Assembly (NCBI GenBank): GCA_001724265.1
Contig: MEDY01000059.1
Location: 62,001 to 115,367 of the forward strand
DNA: 53,367 bases
Direction: 5' to 3'
Source of the DNA: Rhizaria sp. SCN 62-66
Lineage: Eukaryota
The notes under the pieces were generated by a model. It did no database searches, had not been told where the DNA came from, and saw only the letters and a list, made by a program, of their open reading frames with translations. Both the position numbers and the translations under genes were made by a program. Positions 11,601-22,700 of this stretch are shown here, in pieces. The stretch's first letter is position 1; the number at the start of each line of letters is the position of its first letter.

Positions 11601-13415
11601 ACGGCCTCGCTCCCGCTCGACGACGACCCGACGCTCACGCCGTCGTCGTCCTTCCACGTCGCCACCTCGTCCTCGACCGGCGACCAGGCCGCCGCCGCCG
11701 CCGCAGCGGGCGCGCTCTCGCCCTCGGCGCCGGCAGGGCAGGAGTCCGCCGGCCCCGGCGCCATCGCGCGCTCGCAGACGCCTGGTGCCGCGCTGCGCGG
11801 GCCCGGCGGCTCGGGTACCGCCGGCGCGGCGGGCTCGCCGCTGTCGGCGCTGCCGCTGTTGCCGACGCCCTCGGGCGCCACGCCCCTGGGCGGCTCGCGC
11901 GCCTCGCTCGTAGGCACGGGCTCGCTGCTGAGCGCGACGCTCATGGCGGGCTCCACCACCGTGACGGCGACGCGCGACGCCGCCACGCCCGGCGGCTTTG
12001 TCCCGCGGCAGCTCTCGTACGACCAGGTGACACACGCCGCGCGCGCCCGGTTCGCGCGCACGCTGGTGCGGCCGCTGGACCACTACGTCAACGTCGACGA
12101 CGCCGGGCGCGCGCGCCGCGGGTCCGTGCTGGCGGGCACAGTCGCGCTGCCGCTGCCCTACTCGGCTTCGGCCATCGCCAGTACCTCGGCCATCCCCGTC
12201 TCGGCACCCACCACATCCGCCGCCACGGCTGCCGCCTCAAGCACCATGCCTCCGGGCGCCGCGGAGCGCGAGCGTGCCAAGGTCCAGCGGCTCTCGACCG
12301 TGGGCGACGCGCTCGCGGACCCGGCCACGGCCATCGCCGCCGCCGCCGCCGCCGCCGTGGCCTCCGCGGCCGCCGCGGCCGCCGCCGCCGCCAACGCCGC
12401 CACGGCCGCGGCGAACATGACGGCGTCGAACTCGTTTTCGTACGCCAACCTGGGCGCGAACAAGAGCGTGAGCAACGCGTCCTTTGGCGGCAACAACGCG
12501 CTGAGCAACAGCGCGAGCAGCGTGAGCTTTAGCATCCCCACGTCGACGGCGACGGCGACGTCGCACTCGACGGCGCTCACCGTGCCCGGTGGCGGCGGCC
12601 GCGCGCTGCGGTCGATGTCTGTGCTGCGCATGTCTGCGTTCCGGTCCGACGAGCTGGCGCTGTTGCAGGAGGCCGGCGGTGAGGCGGCCGCGGCCGAGGT
12701 CGCGCGGCTGAGTCTGGCCGTGCGGCCTGTGCTCGTGAACCCGTACCCGCCTGGCGTGGTGGCGCGCGTGCAGGCCGACATGGCGCTGCTCGAGGCCAAC
12801 GCGCGCGCCGTCACTGCGCGCATGCGCCAGGGCTGCTTCGTGTACAAGTACAAGGACTTCAAGCCCACGCGGCGCTTCCTGTACCTGGCGGCGGATCACC
12901 AGTCGATCTGCTGGCGCGCGCTGACGAGCAAGGAGGAGAAGCAGATGCGCGCGCTTGACGTGCTGGACGAGAAGGACAAGCCCGTCGCCGACGGCTCTGT
13001 CGTCGGCAAGGAGTCCGGCCGTCTCTTCGGCAAAGGAGCCAAGGCCGTCTCGCTGGCCGACGTAATGCTGCTCTACTATGGGCCCTACTTCGGCAAGGGC
13101 TTCTCCGTCTTTGTGCGTGGCTGCGACGCGGGGCGCTCCAAGGCGTGGCACAGCATGTCGATCGAGACGACCGGTGAGACGCTCAATCTCGTCTTCCCCA
13201 CGCTCTCGGAGGCGACGCTGTGGGCACTGGGCATCCAGTGGCTCGCGCCAGCTAACTTCCGCGCCTTCTCCATGGGCAAGCTGCTGTGGATGCGCGTCAT
13301 TATGAAGATTAACTACATCGGCTTCACCAACTTTGTGCGCAACAAGAACAAGGACTGGACCTCTGTGGTCAGCAAGTCTGGCATCATTGATCCTGCCGAG
13401 CTGCGCAAGGTTTAA
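8679..13415 (+). CDS. Long Ser/Ala/Pro/Gly-rich protein with a C-terminal PH domain (PLC/Num1-like PH); exons 8679-8744 and 8928-13415, ~1517 aa
   Basis: About 12822-13245 encodes MRQGCFVYKYK..KPTRRFLYLAADHQSICWR…VSLADVMLLYYG…SMSIETTGETLNLVFPTLSEATLWALGIQWL, the PH strand pattern plus C-terminal helix with the conserved Trp. The remainder is low-complexity with many SP/TP sites and a basic RRKKK stretch. Confidence 0.75.
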   Translation: MSASTAMEVLKCDDVNDADNAMVRTLPYYLHHTLCYYVICTCFCRFLHRLNPFLSSLPTLLVSPPLLHRSRARAPSRRFSLPQSLLSPVAPPRPIHADNPNPFNAPKATLMTMFRRPSAHNSAAPTPGSVPSLASLSLDAFSPGALASPAGAADTGAAHGADADDAHSPMTDSGLVVPVTSLSFAGIVDAATQQHRGFALPMGQQEHPRSRFLDFEVMDTGRKRSGSNATPVRRKKKSGTASAAGSPSMGPNSPAVAPALTPALGPAAASGSPAVGAGAGAGIPAPLPGMVSPVSSRHLRRTQPPATPAACNGADGTPAGAAAAAGTPVTGPAGHAHALGHPGPHGGLSLISASSSSSSSSASSSSASASASASVLAPGSPLFAPNTGRTLFASQPGVAPATPSSSSAAAGASGTPRAFGSGLGLGLGLGPGLGLAPATPSRSASGALPGPGAGAGAPGTPLAAPLAGLAGNSSFSLLPLSAAASASAAGSSGGSGPSSTASSASFPAPGHGHGHGSAHGHPAAPVSLLSGSGAGHGAGLSVIVGSPAQGPRVAAAAPGTPQSAGPGLGLQAPPSAPATPSSSSSSAAAAAGAAASGGETPTMGASAAGAGGGLLSPTSGRSRRAKSISRSSITAVPAAATAAAAAAGYVAATGMTPPDAGAPVPLPLPLPLPLPLASGSGSTQLSFTLESSPPHAPAQAQAHTPSAAARTLSAAGGAGTAAALGGGLAGSPIVGAKPAAAGALAATSAAGAGLGHASSPSSSFAAAALPASASASASTSLPAPAPVTAPPSSSAGGSGSSGPSAATSSASFVLGGVAVGNGNNNNASSANAAGAAAGAGSQPQHPPLPPAPPRPPGFEPCVAATTVSAIPITDSGVSQRRSLYTTTVEPHSSLDSLKTALATAPPGSPLPFSLNATVPADVRWEGTLRRASRQLRRVQVVRFALPPSPTRVTSKVPTFAPSYAYANPGTDARDTASLPLDDDPTLTPSSSFHVATSSSTGDQAAAAAAAGALSPSAPAGQESAGPGAIARSQTPGAALRGPGGSGTAGAAGSPLSALPLLPTPSGATPLGGSRASLVGTGSLLSATLMAGSTTVTATRDAATPGGFVPRQLSYDQVTHAARARFARTLVRPLDHYVNVDDAGRARRGSVLAGTVALPLPYSASAIASTSAIPVSAPTTSAATAAASSTMPPGAAERERAKVQRLSTVGDALADPATAIAAAAAAAVASAAAAAAAAANAATAAANMTASNSFSYANLGANKSVSNASFGGNNALSNSASSVSFSIPTSTATATSHSTALTVPGGGGRALRSMSVLRMSAFRSDELALLQEAGGEAAAAEVARLSLAVRPVLVNPYPPGVVARVQADMALLEANARAVTARMRQGCFVYKYKDFKPTRRFLYLAADHQSICWRALTSKEEKQMRALDVLDEKDKPVADGSVVGKESGRLFGKGAKAVSLADVMLLYYGPYFGKGFSVFVRGCDAGRSKAWHSMSIETTGETLNLVFPTLSEATLWALGIQWLAPANFRAFSMGKLLWMRVIMKINYIGFTNFVRNKNKDWTSVVSKSGIIDPAELRKV
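8745..8927 (+). other. Spliceosomal intron (183 nt, in frame, no stop codon)
   Basis: ATG|GTACGT donor, pyrimidine-rich body with no internal AG, …CCCACAG|AGC acceptor. Confidence 0.8.
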
Positions 13416-14326
13416 CGTGCTTACACGCATCACAGTCAACTGAATTGGAGCCAGGTGCGTGTTTAGCATCACATCAACTGGTTTTTGAGACCCAATATGT
13501 TAAACAATGCTTGTTGTCTCATCCACTTTTTGTATCATCGATGCTTGTTATAGCCGTTATGTTTTGTTTTTCTCTATGTTTCGTTTTTCTTTTTCCATGA
13601 TTCATTTTTTTTGTTTTTGTTTTTTTGATTGCTTGCCTGCTTGCTTGCTCGCTGCGTATTTGCTGCGTTGTGCTGTGCGCCAACTACTGTATATCTATTT
13701 TGCTTTTCTTTCGAAAGCTTATACGTATTGTATTCCACACGTTCTATCTATCTAAATTTGTCAGTGCTCGTGTGTGTGTATCAAGTTACAGCTGGTGTGT
13801 TTTTCACTAGCACGTCTCGTTAGATGCGCTCGCATGAGCTGACAAGACCGTTTGGTTGGTGGCCACATTACTACCCATTTGCTATGTCTTGTTCAAGCTC
13901 ACAGTCTCACCGCCTCGCGACTGGCCGAGCATTCGTGCTCCACTTTTGCGATTGTCTGTCTCTAGTTCGCCGTGTTTTTTTTTTCTTTGTTTTTCTTTCG
14001 TCGGGTTTTTCATGCTTTCAGGTCAGTCTCACTTGCAGAGGTTTTTCGTGTTTGGTGTGTCAGGTTGTGTGAAATTGCCGGTTAGCGCCAACACCAACAC
14101 GTGACCGATGTACGTTTACGTAAGCAATAAGCTATCGATCTGAGGCATTGTGCATCGTGTGAGCGTGGCTGACAGAGAATACCCTTCTTGGATTTCAACG
14201 AATTTTGTTTTGACTGTTATACTTGATTATTCTAGCCTCATAGGTTTTATTCTATTTGTTGAATGAACAGCTAGCATTGTGAATTGATTGACTAATAAAC
14301 TACTTTAAGTCCTTCTACTTGTGACA

Positions 14327-14440
14327 AAAAGCGGTGGTTTATGAATGATACGAGTGGGTGATACCACACCATAATATACTGGGAAAAGCGGTGGTTTATG
14401 AATGATACGAGTGTGTGATACCACACCATAATATACTGGG
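14327..14440. repeat. Tandem direct repeat, 2 x 57 bp, one mismatch
   Basis: AAAAGCGGTGGTTTATGAATGATACGAGTG(G/T)GTGATACCACACCATAATATACTGGG at 14327-14383 and 14384-14440. Confidence 0.95.
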
Positions 14441-14873
14441 AAATAACAAAAGAGAGAAAGCAAAATAAAATCTATACGAACAAGTGTGTAGAAAAAACTT
14501 GCACAAAACAACCTCAGTTCAAGCAAGCAAAATCACTTCTGTTCGCACGTTCGAAGCAACAGCGACGACATATGTGCCACCGTTAAAGCTTAGATCGCGG
14601 AATAGATGATTGCTTGCAATTACGCGTGCGTTGCGTCAAGGAAACATTGTTTCGCCAAAGCACAAGGAAAAAAATTACATCGGAGCTATTAAAAGTACAT
14701 GCGAGAGAGGGAACGATGTCGTCCACAAATGAAATACAACAACAGCAGCTACGTCAGTGAAAGCAGTAGTAGATAAGAATAAAAGGCAGAGATGAATGCG
14801 ATGAACAGCGAGCGCAAGACACAGTCTTCCTTATGTCCACACAGTCTTGTCCCACCAACAGCGAGTTTCTTAT

Positions 14874-17800
14874 TCACTTCTTGCTGATAACCTTGAGTGT
14901 CTTCTGTAGGCGCTCGCTCTCGGCCTGTGCCTCCTTAACCTGTGCGACTGCAGCGTCGAGGTCCTTCTGGTAGCGCTCAACGCGCGCGAGCGCCTCATCG
15001 CGCTCCTCGGCCGCCTTGGTCATCTCCACGTTCTTCTCCACAGCCTTGAGCTCGAGCCGCGACATGACTTCGGAGAGCTTCTCCACGCGCTGGTTCGCCT
15101 TCTGCAGCGCCTGCTGCAGACGCGTGATCTCAAGGCCCTCCTCGCCCTGCGCCGCAAGCGTCGCCGCGCGCGCCGCGCTCGCCTCCTGCACGGCCAGCTC
15201 GAGCTCCGTGATGCGCGTGCGCATAACGTCGCCCGTCTCCATGAAGGCCGCCTTGGCACGCAGCAGCGTCTCGTCGGCCTCGCCCAGCTGCTGCTCGTAG
15301 AACTCGATGCGCTTGATCAGCTCCGCAATCGCCGCGCTGCCGGGCTGCGCCGCGCCAGCCGCGCGCTTGCCACCAGCCGCAGCAGTGGCCTCCTTGAGTG
15401 CGTCGAAGGTGATGTGGCGCTCGCGCAGCTGCTTGTTCTCACTTGACAGCTTCTGGATCTCGGCCAAGTTGACGGAGGAGTACTCGGCAGCGCGCTCCGC
15501 AAACGTGCGCGCGTTGTTCTCCGTCGTCATCAGCGTGTCCTCGAGCAGCGCAATCTTCTGCGCCGCGCGGGCTGCGATGGCCTCGACCTCCTCCTTCTCC
15601 TTGCGCGCCGCAGAAGCCTCGTTCTTGACCTCGTTGAAGCGCGCCGCGAGGTTCGCCAGACGGTCCTCAAGCTCAGCGCGCTCACGCTCGATGGCGGCCG
15701 ACCGCGCGCCGGCCGCAGACTCGGCGCCAGCAGTCATCGCCTTGGTCGTCGCCACGGCCTGCTTGGACTTGAAGGCATCCTCCTGGCTGCGTGTGGCGAG
15801 CTGCTCCAGACGGCTGCGCTCGGTGCGCAGCGTCGCCAGCTCGGTCTCGGCCGCGGTCAGCTTCTGCTGCGCGCGCACGCACTGCTGCTCCCAGTCCGCG
15901 GAGAGACCAGTAAGCTCGCGCACGCGGCCGCGCAGCACGCGCACCTCGCGCGCGAGCCCGCCGACGTCGCTAGTCGACGAGCCAGCAGGCGAGCCGCCGC
16001 TGAGGCTGGAGCGGCCGCTGTTCTTGCCGCTGTCCTTCTTGCCCTTCTTGGCGGTCGCGGCCTTAAGCGCGGCGGGCACGCGCGTCGGGTCGTCGTACCC
16101 GTCGGGGTTGTAGCCTTCGTCCTCGTCGTCAGAGTGCAGCGACGCGGAGTTGCGGGGCGGGATGTGGTCGTCGTCGTCCTCCTCGGCAGACGCAGCGTCA
16201 ATATCAGACCCGGCCACGTCCGCAGCAGCCGCAGCAGAGCGCAACGCGGCGGCCGCGTTATTGGCCGTGCGCGCGCGCTGCTCGGCGACCTTGCGGGCGG
16301 CCTTGGCGTCGTCACGCTCGGCCTCAGCCGCGGCGAGCTGGCCGCGCAGCTCGGAGATCTCATCGTCCAGCGCCTCCTTGCTCGCGGTCACGCGCATCAG
16401 GCTCTCGACGATTTCGGCAGAGTCGGACTCGCTGGCGCGCGCGTTGGAAAGCAGACTAGCGACGCGCTTCTCGGCCACGGCGACGCGCTCAGCAGAGCGC
16501 GCAGCCTCGGCACGGGCCTCGTCGCGCTCGCGCTCCATCGTGCGAGCGTGCGCAGTCGCGTCGCGGCCCTCGTCAGCGGCGGACCGCGCGGCCTCGCGCA
16601 GCTCCTTGACGCGCGTCTGCGAGGCCGTCTCTGCGTCAGCCAACGAGGCGCGAGCGGCGGCCTCGTTGCTCTTGGCGGCGGCCAGCAGGCCCTGCGTGGT
16701 GGTCAGAGCGGTCTCATGCGACGCCAGCGCGTCCTTGGTGCGGCGCAGCTCGCTGAGCGCCTCGTCGCGAGCGCCCGCGGCCTCGCTGGCGCGCTCCTCG
16801 GCGTCGGCCAGCGCGGCGGACAGACGCTCGCGCTCGGCCTCGACCGCGGCAGCCGCGGCCTCGCGGGCTTCGTGCTCGTCGTCCTCGTCGCCCGCGCCGA
16901 CGGCGGCCTCGAGCTCGACGATGCGCGCTGTAAGGCGCGCCGCCTCGGTCTCCGCCGCCGCGCGGTCCTGACGCGCCTTCTGCTTGGCAGCGCGCGCCGC
17001 GGTGGCAGCGTCGCGCACAGCGGCCTCCTTCTCCTGGCGCACGCGAGAGAGCTCGTCAGCGGCCGCGGTCACGGCAGCCTGCGTCTCCTGCAGCGTGCTC
17101 TCGACGGTAGCCGTGCGCTGGCGCTGAGACACGAGCGCCTCCTCGGCCACAGCCTTGGCCTTGAGCGCCTCGGCCAGCTCCCACTGGCACGATGTGATGT
17201 CGCGGCGCAGACGCGTGATCTCGTCGTGCTTCGACCCCGCCTCGGCCTCCTTGGCCGCGGCGGTCTTCTCGGCCTCGACGCGCGCGTCCTGTGCCTTGAG
17301 CAGTGCGACCTTGGTCTCGTCCAGGTCCGCGCGCAGCGCCTCCAGCTCCTCGGTCGTCGCCGCGCTCGTGGCCGTGGCCGCGGGCGAGCCGGCGTGGCGG
17401 CCGCGCGTGATGCTGGCCAGCGACTCCTGGCGCAGCTGCTCCAGCTGGCGTGTGATCTCGGCGCGCGAGGCCTCGCCTTCGACGCGGGCTTGGTGCGCCG
17501 CAGCGGCGCGCTTTTCGGCGGCGTCGCGCGCAGCAACCGCAGACGCCTCGGCAGCCTGCGCGGACTCGACCATGGCGGCCGCGGTGGACTGCACCGAGGC
17601 CTGCGACGCGCGCGCACTGGCGGCTTCCTCGCGCGCCTGCAGCAGCAGACGCTTCATCTCGTCCGCGCCGGCGTCGATCGAATTGCGCGTGGCCTCGGCC
17701 GTGCGCTGCGCCTCCTCCAGCTCCGCGCGCAGCGCCACCTCGCGGCCCTCAGCTTCGGCGGCGCGCGCGCGCTCGGTGGCGAGGTCGCGCGAGTGGCGGG

Positions 17801-19231
17801 CCACAGCGGCCTCGGCGGCCTCCAGCTCCGCGCGCAGCGTCGTGAGGCTCGTTGCGTGCGCCGTCGCGGCGGCCGCGGCCTTGGCTTGCAGCGCGACGAC
17901 CTGCGCGTGCGACGCGTCGGCCGAGGCCGTCAGCGCGGCCAGACGCTGCTGCTGCTGGGCCAGCGCGTGCGCGTGCTCGTGCTCGCGCTCGTCGGCCGTC
18001 GCGGCCGCCGTAGCCAGGTCGTGCTTCAGCGCCTCGATCTCGTCCTCGCGCTCGCGCAGGCGGGAGACCAGCGCCGCAGTCGTCGCGTTGCCGCCGCCCG
18101 ACGCGGGGGGCGAGCTGGCGGGCGCGGAGGCCTGCGGCGTCGGCGCGGGTTTGGCCGCAGCAGGGGCCGCAGCAGCCGCAGGGGCGGGCTTGGCAGCGAC
18201 AGCCGCAGCGGCGGGCGGGGACACGGGCTTCTTCGCAGCAGCGGCAGCGGCGGCAGCGGGGGCGGGCTTGGCGAACTTGTTCTGCGGGGTTGCGAGCGAC
18301 TTGTGCTTGGTGGGGATGCTGCTTCCGTCGTCACCGCTGTCGGAGCCGTCGTCGGAGCTGTCGAGCAGCGAGGCGGGCTTGAGCCCGTCGAGCACGCCTG
18401 TGGGCTTTTTGGAGAAGGCGTTGGGCACGGGCGCAGTGGCGCCGTCGCTGTCGTCGTCGCTGTCCGACACATCCGCCATGCTCTTCTTCACAGGCTTGCC
18501 GTTCGCCGCAGCGGGCTTCGCAGCGGTCTTGGCCGGCGCGGAAGACGGCGCTACGGGCGTGACGATAGAGCCGGACTTCTCGCGGGAGAAGCCGTCGGCG
18601 TAATCCTCGGCCACGGACGGGCGGCCGTCCATCGCGGTCATGTTGGAAATCTGCACAAAAGAACAGAGGGAAAAGCAAGTTGAACCACATAAAAGACACA
18701 ATTTGACAACCAGGATAGATAACACAGGAAAGTGCGAAAGATCGGTCGTCTAGCAAGACGAGGACGGGTGCGTACCATAGAGACGGAGTCGTCGGCGGCG
18801 GAGACGGGGACGGGGCGAGTATGAATGCGGGCGTGCAGAATGAGGTGATCGAGGCGAATACGAACCTCAGAAACCTTCTCGACGTCGCCACAGTAGGGCG
18901 CGACGTCGAGCTCGCATTTGCCAAGAGTCTTCTCGGCCTTTGCCGTGACGACGCGGGCCTTGAGCGAGGTCGTCTTCTTCTGGAACACATCATCCTTCTT
19001 GTACATCGTCATCATCAGCTGCAAGGGAATCGTCTGCGGGGCGGGCGGCCAGCGGCACGTGGTGCCCTCAGAGTCAACCGGCTTGGACTTGAAAATACGG
19101 GGGCTCTTTTCCCACACCAAAATCACAGGACCAGGAATCTCGCCGCGCTTGCCGTGAGTGAGCTCAATCGGCTCCAGAAGCAAGTGGTACTTGACGGTTT
19201 GGGCGCCTGTACGCGCCAAAACCTTAAACAT
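14874..19231 (-). CDS. NT-C2 (EEIG1/EHBP1-type C2) domain protein with a long coiled coil; exons 19231-18776 and 18650-14874, ~1410 aa
   Basis: Exon 1 encodes VILVWEK…CRW…LMMTMYKK..FQKK..SLK…KTLGKCELDVAPY, the NT-C2 pattern. Exon 2 encodes a Pro/Ala/acidic linker followed by roughly 1000 aa of heptad-like A/E/R/L-rich sequence. Phase-0 join SVSM|ISNM. Confidence 0.8.
18651..18775 (-). other. Spliceosomal intron (125 nt)
   Basis: ATG|GTACGC donor and …TTTTGTGCAG|ATT acceptor; joins ORFs 18638..19231 and 14874..18725 in frame. Confidence 0.88.
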
Positions 19232-19752
19232 CCTGGCTTACAGGTCCTACTAGGCAGTGCCAAAACACAAGAAACGACAATGAGAGAGACGTGAGGTCGG
19301 TTAAGAGAGACAACCGTTCGAACTTGGTGATTCAACAACCAGCTCAGGAGCAAGGCTCATACAGCCTTCTAAGTGACCCTCGGAGATTTTCTGAATTAAT
19401 AAAAGGGAGATAACATCATATGAACAACGGCGCACTACAAATTGACCCGTTTCAACGAGTGATGAGCGACGGGAAACGAAAATTAGAATTGACCCCGGCT
19501 CGTCATCGTCTTCAACACTCAACCCTGTCGGCGGCTGGCTGCAGCGCGTGCCAAGTCACACTTGTGGCTGGGCGCGGATTACGGAGTTTACGACTTGATT
19601 AGTCAATTAGTCGGTTTATTTTCGTACATGGATGGTTATATAGCTTAGTTCATATATAAATATCAAGTCAATTTCGTCAAATAAGTTCTTCTTAAACAGG
19701 TTATGGTGTTGCTAAAGATGGTCACTCAAGGTTAAGTTGTGGTGAAGGTGTT

Positions 19753-22700
19753 TCAAGCCAACCTCACTATCACAAGCGCGACATCCTCCCGATCATAGTA
19801 CGGTGCAAAAACGTGCGGCACAACATCCCACGCCTCCACTTTGCCGTACAGGCCTTCGGTCTGGATCGCAGCCCACAGTCCTGCCTCAAGCTCTGGATCT
19901 GCGAGAGCGATTGTGAGCACACACTCTGCGCAATGCGGCTGCGGCGCGCTCTCGAGAGCGGACCGCACGGCGCGCAGAAGCGGTGCAGCGTCGTTCGCGC
20001 TGTGCCAGCAGTTTGCAACTAGGATAAGTGGCGCTCTCCACGTTTTCAGCGCGCTGCATTGCGTCGCATGTTGCGCGGTGTCAAGCTCGGCGTCGCGCCA
20101 GTCGAAGCGGGCAGCGAGAGTCTCTACAACACTGGTGCGTTCCTCTCCGGGATCTATGCGGTCAAGCTGGCTTGATATGTTGTTAGCGCGTAAGTTGTCG
20201 AGCAGCAGCTCCACCACGACTGGCTCACAGTCCGCCGCAATCACACCTGGGCCTGCATTGCCGCCTGTGCGATGCTCAGGCACAGGTGACGCAGTCGTCC
20301 CCACGTTCCTCAGAGCGAGCGCGGCTACAATCGGCAGTAGCCCTGCGCCCGCCCCAAGCACAAGCACGCGCGGCTCTACTGTTTCAGACATAGCTGCACT
20401 GTGACCAGCTGTAGCGGGAGAGCCATCAAATCGAGCTGCCTGCGCTTGCGGTGCTTGTGCGTTGTCGTGCTGAAAGCGCGCCAAAGCCCACTCTGCTAGC
20501 GCCAGTTCCCCCGGCGTAACCGGCACAACGCCGCCACCACTCACGCTCCCGTCTTCGGGGCGGACGGGCAGAGCAACGCGCACAGTCACTGCGGTGACGG
20601 GGGCTGCGGCTGCGGCGATCAAGCGTTCGCGCGTGCGCTGCGCAACGACCGTGTTGGCATTCAGACAGGTGCAAGTGGTGTCGTCAATGTTAGGGTCAGA
20701 AGAAGACGGGGTATGAGGACCAGCAACACTTTGCACAACGTTGGCATCGACAGGGTCAACGCCTGCAATCTTAATCATACGGGTGCCACTCCCGCCACAG
20801 TCAGCGTTGACAGCGTTGCCATTAGTTATCGTAAAGACCTCAGCGACCTGTTTGTCCACGACTAAAACGCGACCACCAGCCTCGCCACAGCGCTCACAAC
20901 CAGTCGTCACAGCACCGCAGCTCTCACAACCACTGCCGTGGTCGCTGCCATTCCGCGCATTGGCTGCATCACTCGTTGCAGCACTTGGTGCGTTGAGCGC
21001 GTGCTCGCTGGTGGCGACACCGCGACAGACGCAGCCCGCGGCATTGTAGTTGCGCGCGACGCGGACCGAGCGCCGGCCCCAGGCCGCGAGCGCGACGGGC
21101 ATCGTGAGCCGGCCTAGCACGCGGTCTGGCAGCAGCGGCGGCAGCGGCGTCAGCGCCGACAGCGGCGACTTGGGCGGCGCCAGCGCGCCGATCCGTGCTG
21201 CGGCGCCGCCTCCCGTCGCCGGCGTCGCGTGCGCATGCGCGTGCGCGTGCGCGGGCGTGGCCGGGCACGAGAGGCGGATCGTGCTCAGCGAGACCGCGGT
21301 CGGCGACGGCGGCGGCAACTCCGGCAGCGCCGCGATGGCCGCCGCGCTCGACAGGAAGTCCACGTATACTGCGTCCGCCTGGGGGCTCTCGCGCGCGGGG
21401 CACGCGCCGTCGCCTTCGCGCGCTGAGTTGGCGTGCCTGTGTGCAGGGGGCGCGAAGTCAGCGCTGCTGTCGGCGGGGGTCTCGCAGTCGGACAGGGAGA
21501 GTGCCAGCGGCGAAGCGAGGCGCGAGGCCGCAGCCCCTGGAGCGTCTAGGTCTGCGCCGGCTGCTGCCGTGGCCACGGAGGCTTGCAATCGAGGCACTTC
21601 GCGCGCGCGCGACTGCGACCGTGTGCGCACGGCTGCGGGCAACGGCCACTCGGAGAGCTCGTCGCGGTCGAGCGGGACAAACGTGACGCAACACGGGGAC
21701 AGAGACAGCGAAAGAGACGAACCAAACTGTGGTTTAAGCTCTGAACAAGGCACAGGCTTAGTGACTGCGGTTGACGTTTTGGAGCTCTGCCGTCTTTGCT
21801 TGTACAAACGCTGCTGCTTCTGTTGCTCCATAATAGCGGCCGTGCGGGGGCAGAGTGAAGCCACAGCGGGGTCGACGGTCACGCTACGCGCGCACAGTAG
21901 TGTGACGAGCTCAGCTAAAAAGTCAGAAAGTCCGCTGCAAGAGTTCAGGTTCTCACTTTGAGCGCGCTGACTCGCGTCAACGCCCGCCTGCGTGGACGCT
22001 TGCGTTTGGGCGTGCGCATACGCGCTCACGTTTGCGTGCGCGTGCGGCGGCTGCAGAGCGTGTCGCGCGAGCAGACGCTGGTGCCACACGTCGGTCCACG
22101 ACCAGTGCGGCGAGAGCACGCCGCGCGTCAGCGCCAGCGCCGAGACCACCAGCAGCTGCGGCAGCAGGCGCGCGGTCGCCGCCGAGGCCAGGCACGGCGT
22201 GAACTCGGTGCCGTGCGCAGGGGAGGCTTTGAGCGACGTGGAGTCTGTCGCGGGCTCTTTCGGGCTGGGTTCCGGCACCTCTGCTGCTGCCGCCGTGCCT
22301 GTTGTTTCCGTTGTCGGTGTCGGCGCAGAAGCGGTATCGCACTCTCCGTCGCAATCATCGTGGCTAAGGCCGTTGTCGTCGTGCTTGTGGTCGCCGCCGT
22401 CGCCATCGCCGTCGTTGTCCTCGTTGCCGTCGTCTTCAGCGTCAGCGTCGCTATCAGAGAGCGCAGGCATCGGCCGGACACCGACGACGCTAGCGCCAGC
22501 ACTCGGGGCGCCCGCACCAAAGATGAGGCTATCATCAGCGCTTGCACCGGCGACTGCGCCCACGCACCGCTCGCTACTGTGGCTGTGGCTATGGCTATGA
22601 CAGTGACCGCGATGGTGATGGCTGCGACTCTGCCTGTGGATCTGGCCATGACTGTGCGTATGCCCATAACCGTGGCTGTGCTTGTGCTTGTGACTGTGGC

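Noticed and set aside
13507-14104. Hydrophobic small ORFs downstream of the PH gene
   Set aside because: Translation of T-rich 3'UTR/intergenic sequence lacking the coding codon bias.
14327-14440. CRISPR-like array
   Set aside because: Two contiguous copies with no spacer, no cas genes, and a eukaryotic context.
16134-18683. Long antisense and alternative-frame ORFs (e.g. 16134..18683, 37375..39708, 41458..43398, 44954..46876, 48912..50552)
   Set aside because: They are shadows of very GC-rich coding sequence with few off-frame stops; the translations have no recognisable motifs.
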